39,290 nucleotides of DNA from an uncultured Desulfovibrionaceae bacterium (GTDB taxonomy: Bacteria > Desulfobacterota > Desulfovibrionia > Desulfovibrionales > Desulfovibrionaceae), in contig CBDTYX010000001.1 of assembly GCA_965364745.1 (NCBI GenBank), positions 1 through 39,290 on the forward strand. Reading direction: 5' to 3'. Every line of letters starts with the position of its first letter. Within the stretch, counting starts at the first letter, position 1. Below, one piece after another: positions 1 to 7,428 of the stretch. The notes under the pieces are model-generated. The model was not told where the DNA came from. It saw nothing but the letters and a program-made list of their open reading frames with translations, and did not search any database. Made by a program: the position numbers and the translations under genes.

Positions 1-129
1 CCGCAGGGTGGAGGCGTGCACTCCTTCCATGGCGGCGGCTTCGGCGGCGGCGCTCATTTCGGCGGCGGCGGCTTCCATGGCGGCGGCTTCCACGGCGGCG
101 GACATTTCGGCGGACTGAGGAGGCACTAA
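1..129 (+). CDS. 3' end of a gene cut by the window edge. It encodes a Gly/His/Phe-rich C-terminal tail, possibly from a DUF3300-family secreted protein.
   Basis: Frame 1 reads PQGGGVHSFHGGGFGGGAHFGGGGFHGGGFHGGGHFGGLRRH and stops at TAA 127-129, 1 nt before the DUF2950 start. DUF3300 genes commonly precede DUF2950 genes. The family assignment is inference from the tail only. Confidence 0.4.
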   Translation, partial: PQGGGVHSFHGGGFGGGAHFGGGGFHGGGFHGGGHFGGLRRH

Positions 130-130
130 G

Positions 131-1129
131 ATGCAAAGCGCATATCTTGAAACCAACACAGGCAGAGGCTTACCCAGGCTGTACCCGGGCGTGTTTTGCG
201 CGTTATTGCTGGCAATAGTGGTTGTCGCCGGCGCGCCCTCGGCTAAGGCGGAGAGCGTCCGGACCTATGATTCACCGCAAAATGCCGTTAAAGCGCTGAT
301 TGACGCCGCCAAGGCCAATGATAAAGATGAGCTGCTTAAAATATTGGGCCCGGAAGCCAAGAGCCTGGTCTTCTCCGGTGACGAAACGGCTGATAATGCC
401 GAGCGCGCTAGATTCGTCAAAGCTTACGAGGTGAGGCACGGTCTGGTTTCTTATATTGCTGACGAACAGTCCGGCAAGCCGGCGCGCCTTTTTTTGGAAG
501 TGGGCAAGGACGCCTGGCCCTTCCCCATTCCCATAGCGGCCGATCAAACCGGTAAACGCTGGTCCTTTGACGGCAAAGCGGGCGTGGATGAATTGCTCAG
601 TCGGCGAATCGGCTATAACGAGCTGGCGACCATAGAAGTTTGCCGGGCTTATGTGGATGCCCAGTATGAATATTACCGGCTTAATCCGGAAAAATCCGCT
701 GTGCCGCACTTTGCCCGCAAAATAGCCAGCAGCCCCGGCAAGCGCGACGGCCTGTATTGGGAAACGAAACCGGGTGAAGCGGAAAGTCCTCTGGGCGCTC
801 TGGTGGCCGAGGCGGCCGATGACGGCTATACGCCCGTGCAACAGGGCGAAGATCGGTCTTATTACGGCTATCGCTACCGGGTGCTTACCGGTCAGGGCGA
901 GCACGGCGCGCAGGGCGCGTTCAGTTATATCGGCAATGATTTGATGTTCGGCGGGTTCGCGCTCTTGGCTTACCCGGAAAACTACGGCGTCTCCGGAGTG
1001 ATGACCTTTATAGTCAACCAGGACGGCGTGGTGTACGAAAAGAACCTGGGCAAGGATACGGGAAAACTGGCCACAAAGATCGCCGACTTTGACCCTGACC
1101 CCACCTGGAATAAGATAGACGAGCCTTAA
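131..1129 (+). CDS. DUF2950-family secreted protein
   Basis: The 332-aa ORF has a GAGGAGG SD at 116-122, overlapping the 3' end of the upstream gene, and a signal peptide ending AGAPSAKA. Family-typical motifs are WPFPIPI, RRIGYNELATIEVCRAYVDAQYEY, GKRDGLYW, SPLG, GYRYRVLTGQG, GFALLAYPENYGVSGVMTFIVNQDGVVYEKNLG and FDPDPTW. Confidence 0.8.
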   Translation: MQSAYLETNTGRGLPRLYPGVFCALLLAIVVVAGAPSAKAESVRTYDSPQNAVKALIDAAKANDKDELLKILGPEAKSLVFSGDETADNAERARFVKAYEVRHGLVSYIADEQSGKPARLFLEVGKDAWPFPIPIAADQTGKRWSFDGKAGVDELLSRRIGYNELATIEVCRAYVDAQYEYYRLNPEKSAVPHFARKIASSPGKRDGLYWETKPGEAESPLGALVAEAADDGYTPVQQGEDRSYYGYRYRVLTGQGEHGAQGAFSYIGNDLMFGGFALLAYPENYGVSGVMTFIVNQDGVVYEKNLGKDTGKLATKIADFDPDPTWNKIDEP

Positions 1130-1149
1130 GAGCATATTACAAAAACATT

Positions 1150-1184
1150 CCGGGCCGCCCGTAGCCACATTCCGGGCGGCCCGG
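1150..1184 (+). terminator. GC-rich hairpin terminator after the DUF2950 gene
   Basis: Perfect 11-bp arms ccgggccgccc (1150-1160) and gggcggcccgg (1174-1184) are followed by ttta. Confidence 0.55.
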
Positions 1185-1221
1185 TTTATACGCATCAGCG
1201 CAAGGGTTGACAAATTTGCTG

Positions 1222-1256
1222 AAAAAGCGGCCCCTCTTAGAGGAGCGGCCGCTTTT
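1222..1256. terminator. bidirectional hairpin terminator
   Basis: The sequence aaaaagcggcccctcttagaggagcggccgcttttt is an imperfect GC stem flanked by A5 on the left and T5 on the right. Confidence 0.5.
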
Positions 1257-1261
1257 TCATT

Positions 1262-1863
1262 GAAGCAAGTCTTCGCTTTATGCAACTTAACCGTGCAGCA
1301 CCTCTTGGGTGTTGCGGCTATTTTTTCAGTAATGTCCTGGTATTTGCGCATGTAAACGGCCGTGCACATCATGGGCGAATGAACGGGAGAGAGGGCGGGC
1401 AGAAGTCCGCTGTTTTGCAGCGGAATGTAATAGACAATGGCCGGACAGGGCCGGGTGATTATGGGATCAGTCCTGTATTTTTGAATATAGCGGCTGGGCC
1501 CAGGTGCAGATGTCCGCGCCGAGGGAAGCGTCATGTATTTTGCGCCCAATTTTCGGAGCAGGGCCGGCGCCTGGTTCCAGCCGTCCAGGCTGACCCGGCC
1601 GGCTGGGGCGCAAGAGACGGAAATAGCTTCGCCTTTGCCCGGGTCTTCAAAAAAACGTTTGGTGTCATCCACAAAATCGCGTGAATCATGGTTGCAGGCG
1701 GTCAGGCAGGCGCCGCAAGCGGTGCGTTTGTCGCTGTCGGTTAGGACCTTTGTGAGCCCGTCTTCAATGTAAGCGATGTTGGCCTCCTCTACCGGGCATA
1801 CCCCCGGATACAACGATTGCAGCCTGCACATTTTTCAATGTCATTGAGGATCAATTTGCGTAT
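1262..1863 (-). pseudogene. decayed, truncated 4Fe-4S / [FeFe]-hydrogenase-large-subunit-like gene
   Basis: The 5' third of ORF 272..1831 reads VCPVEEANIAYIEDG...ACGACLTAC...IITRPCPAIVYYI...LSPVHSPMMCTAVYMRKY, which is typical of Fe-hydrogenase-like Fe-S proteins. The first ferredoxin motif is split between two frames at a G5 run (1801-1805). An ATA sits where a start is expected, 8 nt after AAGGAG (1872-1877). Homology stops near aa 173 and the ORF then runs antisense through the terminator and the DUF2950 gene. Confidence 0.55.
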
Positions 1864-2246
1864 GAATTGGACTCCTTGGAGGGCGAAGCGATATATTGGT
1901 TTATACATAAAAAATATAAATCTGCATTTTTATTATGCATTTATTTAAAATAAATTGCAACTAAAATGAAGAATGGAGGAAATTATTGCTTTGATTTTCA
2001 AAAATTTCTACCGCTTCCCGGTTTTCATGTCCGGTTGCGGAAATGGAAATTTACAGCTTAAGCGTTGAAGATGGGGTGGTTTTTTCAATAAGAAGATATA
2101 CTTATTTAGTAAGCAGGTATCGCAAAGCCATTGCGGTAAAAAAACGGAAGAGCGTTTTGCGCGTCCTGCGGCTTGCAAAAGCTGATTTCTCTGCTGCTAC
2201 TCTGACCGCGGCTTTAAGAAACAACATTCTTACGGGGGGTAGTGTC

Positions 2247-3734
2247 ATGACAGCACCAAAAACTGATAATCTATCGTTATTTCCATTGACCGCGCTGGTC
2301 ATAGGTTCCATGATCGGCAGCGGCGTATTTAACTTGCCCCAGAATATGGCCGAGAGCTCAGGCGCTCTGGCCATTATTTTGGCCTGGGTCATCACCTTCA
2401 TCGGCATGCTCTGCCTGGCCAAAGTCTTCCAGCAGCTGGCCCTGCGCCGGCCGGACATCAATACCGGCCCTTACGGCTACGCCCGCGAAGGCTTTGGCGA
2501 TTACGTGGGCTTTAACACCGCCTGGGGCATGTGGATCTCTGCCATGGCCGGCAACGCCGGATACATGGTCATGTTTTTTGCGGGCCTGGGCGGATTTTCC
2601 GTGTTCAGTTTTTTTGGCGACGGCACCACGCCGGCGGCAATGATCGGCTCGCTGCTGGGCGTCTGGCTGGTGCATGCCCTGGTTCTGCGGGGCATTACCC
2701 TGGCCGCCTTTGTGAACACCATTGTGACCATCGCCAAAGTGGTGCCGGTGGTCTTCTTTATTGTTGTAGTGCTGGCCCTGTTCCAGGCGCCCATTTTCAG
2801 CGGCGGTTTCTGGGGACCGGAGGGGCTGGCCGATATTGCGGCCCGCGCGCCGGACACCTTGCTTAACGGAGTGCTGTCCAGTCCCGAAGGGCGCAGCATC
2901 CTCATGGATCAGGTCAAAAACAGCATGCTGTATACGGTTTGGGTGTTCATCGGCATTGAAAGCGCATCCATTTACGCCTACCGCGCCAAGGATATGGTCA
3001 CTGTGGGCCGCGCCACCACCATGGGGTTCGTGGTCACCATTCTGATGTACATGCTGGTGTCTTTGCTGGCTCTGGGCATCGTGCCCCAGGAACAGCTTTC
3101 TCAAATGGACAACCCCTCCATGCGCGGGGTGATGACCATCGCTCTTGGCCCCTGGGCCGCCAATATCATCAGCCTCGGCATCATTATCTCCGTGGGCGGG
3201 GCCTTTTTGGCCTGGACCATGCTGGCTGCGGAAATCATCTTCAACACCAGCCGCGGCGAGCACGGCACCGGCCCGCAACTGTTCAGGAACGTGAACTCCA
3301 AGGGCGTGCCCTCCACCGCCTTGCTGTGGAGCAATATCATCGTCAGCTTGATGCTCATCTCCGCCTGGCTGTTCAATGCCGGGTACAATGAGATCATTTT
3401 GCTGGCCACGGCCATGACCCTGATTCCTTATACCCTGGCCTCGCTGTTTGCGGTGCGCACAGCCAAAAAGGACGGCAAGTGGGACGTCAAGTTTCTGGCC
3501 ATCACCCTGATCAGCTCGGCTTACGGCATCTGGCTGCTGTATGCGGCCGGGCCCAAGTATCTGCTCATCTCCATGATCCTCTACGCGCCGGCGGTAATCT
3601 TCTTCTTCTACGGCCGCAGGCAGGACAAGCTGCCCCTCTTGGTCAACAAGCGGGAGCTGGCCTGCGTGATTGTGGTTACTTGTCTCGCCGTCTTCGCGCT
3701 GTATGAAATGATCGGCGGGCGGTTGACCTTCTAA
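2247..3734 (+). CDS. APC-superfamily basic amino acid/polyamine antiporter (APA family, arginine:ornithine antiporter-like)
   Basis: The 495-aa protein from ATG 2247 reads MTAPKTDNLSLFPLTALVIGSMIGSGVFNLPQNMA...GPYGYAREGFGDYVGFNTAWGMWIS and is a multi-TM protein. The 68 codons upstream in the ORF track have no family counterpart. Confidence 0.8.
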   Translation: MTAPKTDNLSLFPLTALVIGSMIGSGVFNLPQNMAESSGALAIILAWVITFIGMLCLAKVFQQLALRRPDINTGPYGYAREGFGDYVGFNTAWGMWISAMAGNAGYMVMFFAGLGGFSVFSFFGDGTTPAAMIGSLLGVWLVHALVLRGITLAAFVNTIVTIAKVVPVVFFIVVVLALFQAPIFSGGFWGPEGLADIAARAPDTLLNGVLSSPEGRSILMDQVKNSMLYTVWVFIGIESASIYAYRAKDMVTVGRATTMGFVVTILMYMLVSLLALGIVPQEQLSQMDNPSMRGVMTIALGPWAANIISLGIIISVGGAFLAWTMLAAEIIFNTSRGEHGTGPQLFRNVNSKGVPSTALLWSNIIVSLMLISAWLFNAGYNEIILLATAMTLIPYTLASLFAVRTAKKDGKWDVKFLAITLISSAYGIWLLYAAGPKYLLISMILYAPAVIFFFYGRRQDKLPLLVNKRELACVIVVTCLAVFALYEMIGGRLTF

Positions 3735-3780
3735 CCGGAACTTCTGGCGAGCAAGCCGGATTTAATGCCTGCGAACCCCA

Positions 3781-3821
3781 AAAGGCTTGCGGTATTCACC
3801 GTAAGCCTTTTCATATTTTTT
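3781..3821 (+). terminator. rho-independent terminator of the antiporter gene
   Basis: A 12-bp stem aaaggcttgcgg/ccgtaagccttt with one G-U pair and loop tattca is followed by a T-rich tract. Confidence 0.65.
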
Positions 3822-4078
3822 CCGGAAGGTGTTTTTGCCGGTGCGGCGCACAGCAAAAGATTATTTGGGAAGTTCTAAAAAACAATAAGGAAAACAGTAT
3901 ATTATAGCAACGAATTTCGTGGCGGATGCAAACGTCATCTTTTACGGATTAAAATTTATGCATGCTTGCGCCTGGGCGCTTTTAGCTCTTGCTGCGGCTA
4001 AATCATTTTGTTATTATATAAAAATATATGTTTTGGCTAACCCTTAAGTAACGATTATAGTTATTGGAGAGAATTCAT

Positions 4079-4750
4079 ATGTCGGATGTACCTTCTGATG
4101 CCTCTATGGAGCAAGTGCGCGAACTTTTGATGGGCACCCATCTTAAGGATATGGAAAATAGGATTAAGCGGCAGGAAGAGCGTCTTTTAAAAGAGATTGC
4201 GGACACGCACGACAGCATAAAAAGTCGGGTGGAATCTCTGGAGAACTTTATGAAGAGCGAGACCGCGTCTTTGCTGCACCGTTTGCAGGAAGAGCAGGCG
4301 GAGCGCAGTGCGGCTCTAAGGGATGAACAGCGGGAGCGCAGCGACGACGTCAAGAATGAGCAGCGCGAGCGCAAAGAAGCTTTGGCGCAACTGACCGCGG
4401 AATTTGCCGCGGACTTAACCGCCAGGGAGGAAGCTCTGGAGCGCAAGCTCACGGCCCTGTCCGGCACGCTGGATTCCGTGGAGCGCGAGTTGCGTCAGCT
4501 TCTGCTTACGGAAAACGCCAAACTTTCTTCTGAAATGGAAGAAAAATACAAGGCCGCCCTCAACGCGCTGGCGAGCACCGCTCAGCAGCTGCGCCATGAT
4601 CTGGTTTCCCGTTCGGCCATGGCCGGCATATTTACCGAAGCCACCGTGCGCATGTCCAGCAGCCACTATGCGGAAGAAAGACCCGGCGACAATGTTGCTG
4701 CGGCCCCGTTGGAGTCCGCCGCGTCCAAAAAAAAGGAAAAGAACTCCTGA
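4079..4750 (+). CDS. coiled-coil protein of unknown function
   Basis: ATG 4079 is preceded by GGAGAG (4066-4071). The 223-aa protein is highly charged and helical (MSDVPSDASMEQVRELLMGTHLKDMENRIKRQEERLL...). It carries a duplicated EQRER motif and has no TM segment. Confidence 0.7.
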   Translation: MSDVPSDASMEQVRELLMGTHLKDMENRIKRQEERLLKEIADTHDSIKSRVESLENFMKSETASLLHRLQEEQAERSAALRDEQRERSDDVKNEQRERKEALAQLTAEFAADLTAREEALERKLTALSGTLDSVERELRQLLLTENAKLSSEMEEKYKAALNALASTAQQLRHDLVSRSAMAGIFTEATVRMSSSHYAEERPGDNVAAAPLESAASKKKEKNS

Positions 4751-4767
4751 CCTGCTGAGGCGTGAGG

Positions 4768-6744
4768 ATGGATGAACCCAAGACGGCCGGGCACGAAGGG
4801 GCCGCTGAACAGCTTTCTGAAGCGCAAGGCTCTTCTTTGCCGCCCGCTGCAAGGCCGGATAACGGCCGGGCGGACGTTGCGGCTAGCGCTCAGGATCATG
4901 GCGGACAGGCTGCGGACCGGCCGGAGCCCTTAGAGGAAGAGCAAGGCCGGAGTTCTCCCTGGGCGGATGTGCCCGCGGCGCCGAGCGATGCGGAACTGGC
5001 CCGGTTGCGGGAGCTTTTATTTACGCGTGAACTGGCGCTGCTTGATAAAATTCAGGCTTCTCTGGACAGTTCGCGCTATAATACCCAAAAAGTCAGCAAG
5101 GTCATTGCCGAGGCCATTTTATTGCGCTCGGAAAAAGATGACCACCTGAACGTGGCCCTTGAACCGGTAGTGGCTGATATCGTCCGCAACTCTTTGCACA
5201 AGCGCCCCACGGATTTTGTAAATGCCCTGTTCCCGCTCATGGGCCCGTCTATCCGCAAATCCATTTCCGAGTCTTTCAACGCCATGCTGGGGTCTTTCAG
5301 TAAAAGCATGGAAATGGCCTTTTCCTGGAAAGGGCTGCGCTGGAGGGCGGAAGCCCTGCGCTCCGGCCAGCCCTTCAGTGAAGTGGTCATGCTGCATACG
5401 CTGGTCTATCGGGTGGAGCAGATATTTTTCATCCACAGCGACACCGGCCTTGTGCTTTCGCATCTCATCCACGAAGGCGCCGGAGCGCAAGATGCGGACA
5501 TGGTTTCGGCCATGCTCACAGCCATTCAGGATTTTGCGCGCGACTGCTTCACCTCCGGCAATGAGAGTGATCTTGAAGCCCTTCGCCTCGGCGAGTTTAC
5601 TATTTTTATTGAGAAACTAGGTCCGGCTTATATTGCCTGTGTGGTGCGCGGCACGCCTCCCCCGACCCTGCACGAACAGCTGCGTTCCACTTTGGAGCTG
5701 ATGCTGGGGGCCTTTGCTGAAGATCTGGGCAAATTTGACGGCGATACTTCCCATTTTGAAGGCGCAGCGCGGTATCTTGAAACCTGCATGGTTTCAAGTT
5801 ACGTGGATGACGATAAAAAATTGCCGCTGTGGGCAAAAGCCCTGCCGGTATGTGTAGTTTTGTTGGTGGTGGGCGTATTCGCCTTTTTTAAAATACAGGC
5901 CACGCATTTTGCAGATACCAGAGAGTCCGCTTTAGGCGTTATGCGCTCCGAACCCGGCCTCATGGTGATTAATGTTTCCGAGAACCGCACTCCGCCGTGG
6001 GACGCCGTTGTGCTTAAAGATGCGTTGGCCGTGGACCCAACCGTATTTTTGCAGGAAAGAAACTTCTCCGCCGACCTGTTCAATTTCAAAGTTATTCCCT
6101 TTATTTCTTATGACCCGTCCATTGTCGCCGAGCGGGTCGAGTCCGAAATAAAACTTCCGGACACCGTGACCATGCGATTCGACAAAGGCACGCTATACTT
6201 GAAGGGCACAGCGCCCATGCGCTGGATAGTGGAAGCCCGCGAGCGGGCGCGTTCTCTGCCGGGTGTTGAAAGCATTGATATTCGAGAATTGAGCGACCCC
6301 AATATGGCGCAGGTTACAGCCTGGATTAAGGAAGTGGAGAGCGCCGCCATTGAGTTCCCGTTGGGCGGAGATCTGCCTGTGCCCGCGGACCAGCCCAAGC
6401 TGCAGCATATCGCCGATATTTTGGTGTCTTTGGAAAAAACAGCCAAAGAAATGGGCTTCGACGTCACATTGACCATCTACGGCCATGCTGATACTACCGG
6501 AGGAGAGAAGCGCAATTATGAAATAAGCCAGGCGCGCACCCGTACTGTAGCGGCGTTGTTGTACGCCAGAGGCTCCAGCATGCCTATCGCCATGTACGGC
6601 ATGGGGTCGCAATACCCGAAAAATAGAGGGGATTTGACCGAAGAGGCGCGTCTCGCCCATGAGGACCAGGCCAGCCGGCGCATTGAGCTGCGGGTGCATC
6701 TTGCCAGGTCCGTCGCCCCGGATTCTGATGCGATTTTGCCGTAG
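4768..6744 (+). CDS. bitopic membrane protein. It has a cytoplasmic Roadblock/LC7-like region, a single TM helix, a periplasmic BON-like segment and a C-terminal OmpA/MotB-like peptidoglycan-binding domain.
   Basis: ATG 4768 lies 17 nt after the previous stop. The TM helix is LPVCVVLLVVGVFAFF. The BON-like segment is VTMRFDKGTLYLKGTAPMRWIVEARERARSLPGVESIDI. The OmpA_C signature is LTIYGHADTTGGEKRNYEISQARTRTVAALL...ASRRIELRV. The Roadblock-like call for YRVEQIFFIHSDTGLVLSHL...DADMVSAMLTAIQDFARDCF...FTIFIEKLGPAYIACVVRG is inference. Confidence 0.75.
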   Translation: MDEPKTAGHEGAAEQLSEAQGSSLPPAARPDNGRADVAASAQDHGGQAADRPEPLEEEQGRSSPWADVPAAPSDAELARLRELLFTRELALLDKIQASLDSSRYNTQKVSKVIAEAILLRSEKDDHLNVALEPVVADIVRNSLHKRPTDFVNALFPLMGPSIRKSISESFNAMLGSFSKSMEMAFSWKGLRWRAEALRSGQPFSEVVMLHTLVYRVEQIFFIHSDTGLVLSHLIHEGAGAQDADMVSAMLTAIQDFARDCFTSGNESDLEALRLGEFTIFIEKLGPAYIACVVRGTPPPTLHEQLRSTLELMLGAFAEDLGKFDGDTSHFEGAARYLETCMVSSYVDDDKKLPLWAKALPVCVVLLVVGVFAFFKIQATHFADTRESALGVMRSEPGLMVINVSENRTPPWDAVVLKDALAVDPTVFLQERNFSADLFNFKVIPFISYDPSIVAERVESEIKLPDTVTMRFDKGTLYLKGTAPMRWIVEARERARSLPGVESIDIRELSDPNMAQVTAWIKEVESAAIEFPLGGDLPVPADQPKLQHIADILVSLEKTAKEMGFDVTLTIYGHADTTGGEKRNYEISQARTRTVAALLYARGSSMPIAMYGMGSQYPKNRGDLTEEARLAHEDQASRRIELRVHLARSVAPDSDAILP

Positions 6745-6809
6745 TCCCGGTCCGGTTGCGGCGTGTTATTAAAATTGAACCCGGGTTTGGCCGCGTATTC
6801 CAAATAACC

Positions 6810-7307
6810 ATGATCAGCAAAAAAATCTGTTTGCTCGGCGCTTTTTCCGTGGGTAAAACCTCCCTTGTCGAGCAATACGTTCATTCTATTTTTTCCGATA
6901 AATACCTTTCCACCGTGGGTGTTAAAATCAGCAAAAAAATCCTAAGCCTGGACGGGCGGGACGTGACCTTGGTGCTCTGGGACATGGAAGGACGCGATGC
7001 CTATGTGGATATAAATGTCTCTTACCTGCGCGGGGCCATGGGCTTTTTTGTGGTCGCCGACGGCACCCGCGCCGAAACTCTTGACGCGGCCATCGGCATT
7101 CGCAAGCTCGCCCTGGAAAAAGTCGGATCCCCCATCCCCAACTATTTGTTGATAAACAAAGCGGACCTTGTCGATAGCTGGGAAATTACAGAAGCCTCGC
7201 TCAAAAATGTCGAGCAGCAGGGCATTAAAGTGCTGCACACCAGCGCCAAAACCGGCCTGGGGGTAGAGGAAGCGTTCTCCTCTCTTGCCAGAGACATGCT
7301 CGGATAA
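6810..7307 (+). CDS. Ras/Rab-like small GTPase
   Basis: The 165-aa protein from ATG 6810 carries G1 GAFSVGKT, switch I YLSTVGV, G3 WDMEG, G4 NKAD and G5 SAK. Confidence 0.8.
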   Translation: MISKKICLLGAFSVGKTSLVEQYVHSIFSDKYLSTVGVKISKKILSLDGRDVTLVLWDMEGRDAYVDINVSYLRGAMGFFVVADGTRAETLDAAIGIRKLALEKVGSPIPNYLLINKADLVDSWEITEASLKNVEQQGIKVLHTSAKTGLGVEEAFSSLARDMLG

Positions 7308-7428
7308 ATCACTTTTACATCCTCAACCGATTCAGTTACAAATGCGTATCGGCCATGTGCGTCGTTTTTGAGGCAGTTCGGGGGGGAGTCCAGGCGACGC
7401 GGCTTTCAAAGTTTTAAGGAATAAGCTT

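Noticed and set aside
1-120. An apparent GGC-rich tandem repeat at the window start.
   Set aside because: It is an in-frame codon periodicity encoding a GGGF/H tail of a protein, not a non-coding microsatellite.
272-1831. A 519-aa minus-strand ORF, the longest ORF at the left end.
   Set aside because: Only the first ~173 codons look like a real, decayed Fe-S protein. The rest runs antisense through two terminator hairpins and the well-supported DUF2950 gene, which is a typical high-GC antisense artefact.
2043-2246. An N-terminal 68-codon extension of the antiporter ORF.
   Set aside because: The extension (MEIYSLSVEDGVVFSIRRY...) is AT-rich, has no family counterpart and has no SD. ATG 2247 gives the canonical APA-family N-terminus.
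2358-3278. A 306-aa minus-strand ORF and other ORFs overlapping the antiporter (2102..2461, 2501..2905, 2531..2866).
   Set aside because: They are antisense or alternative frames of a clear membrane-transporter gene. Their composition is His/Gly/Ala/Arg-rich and low complexity, with no motifs.
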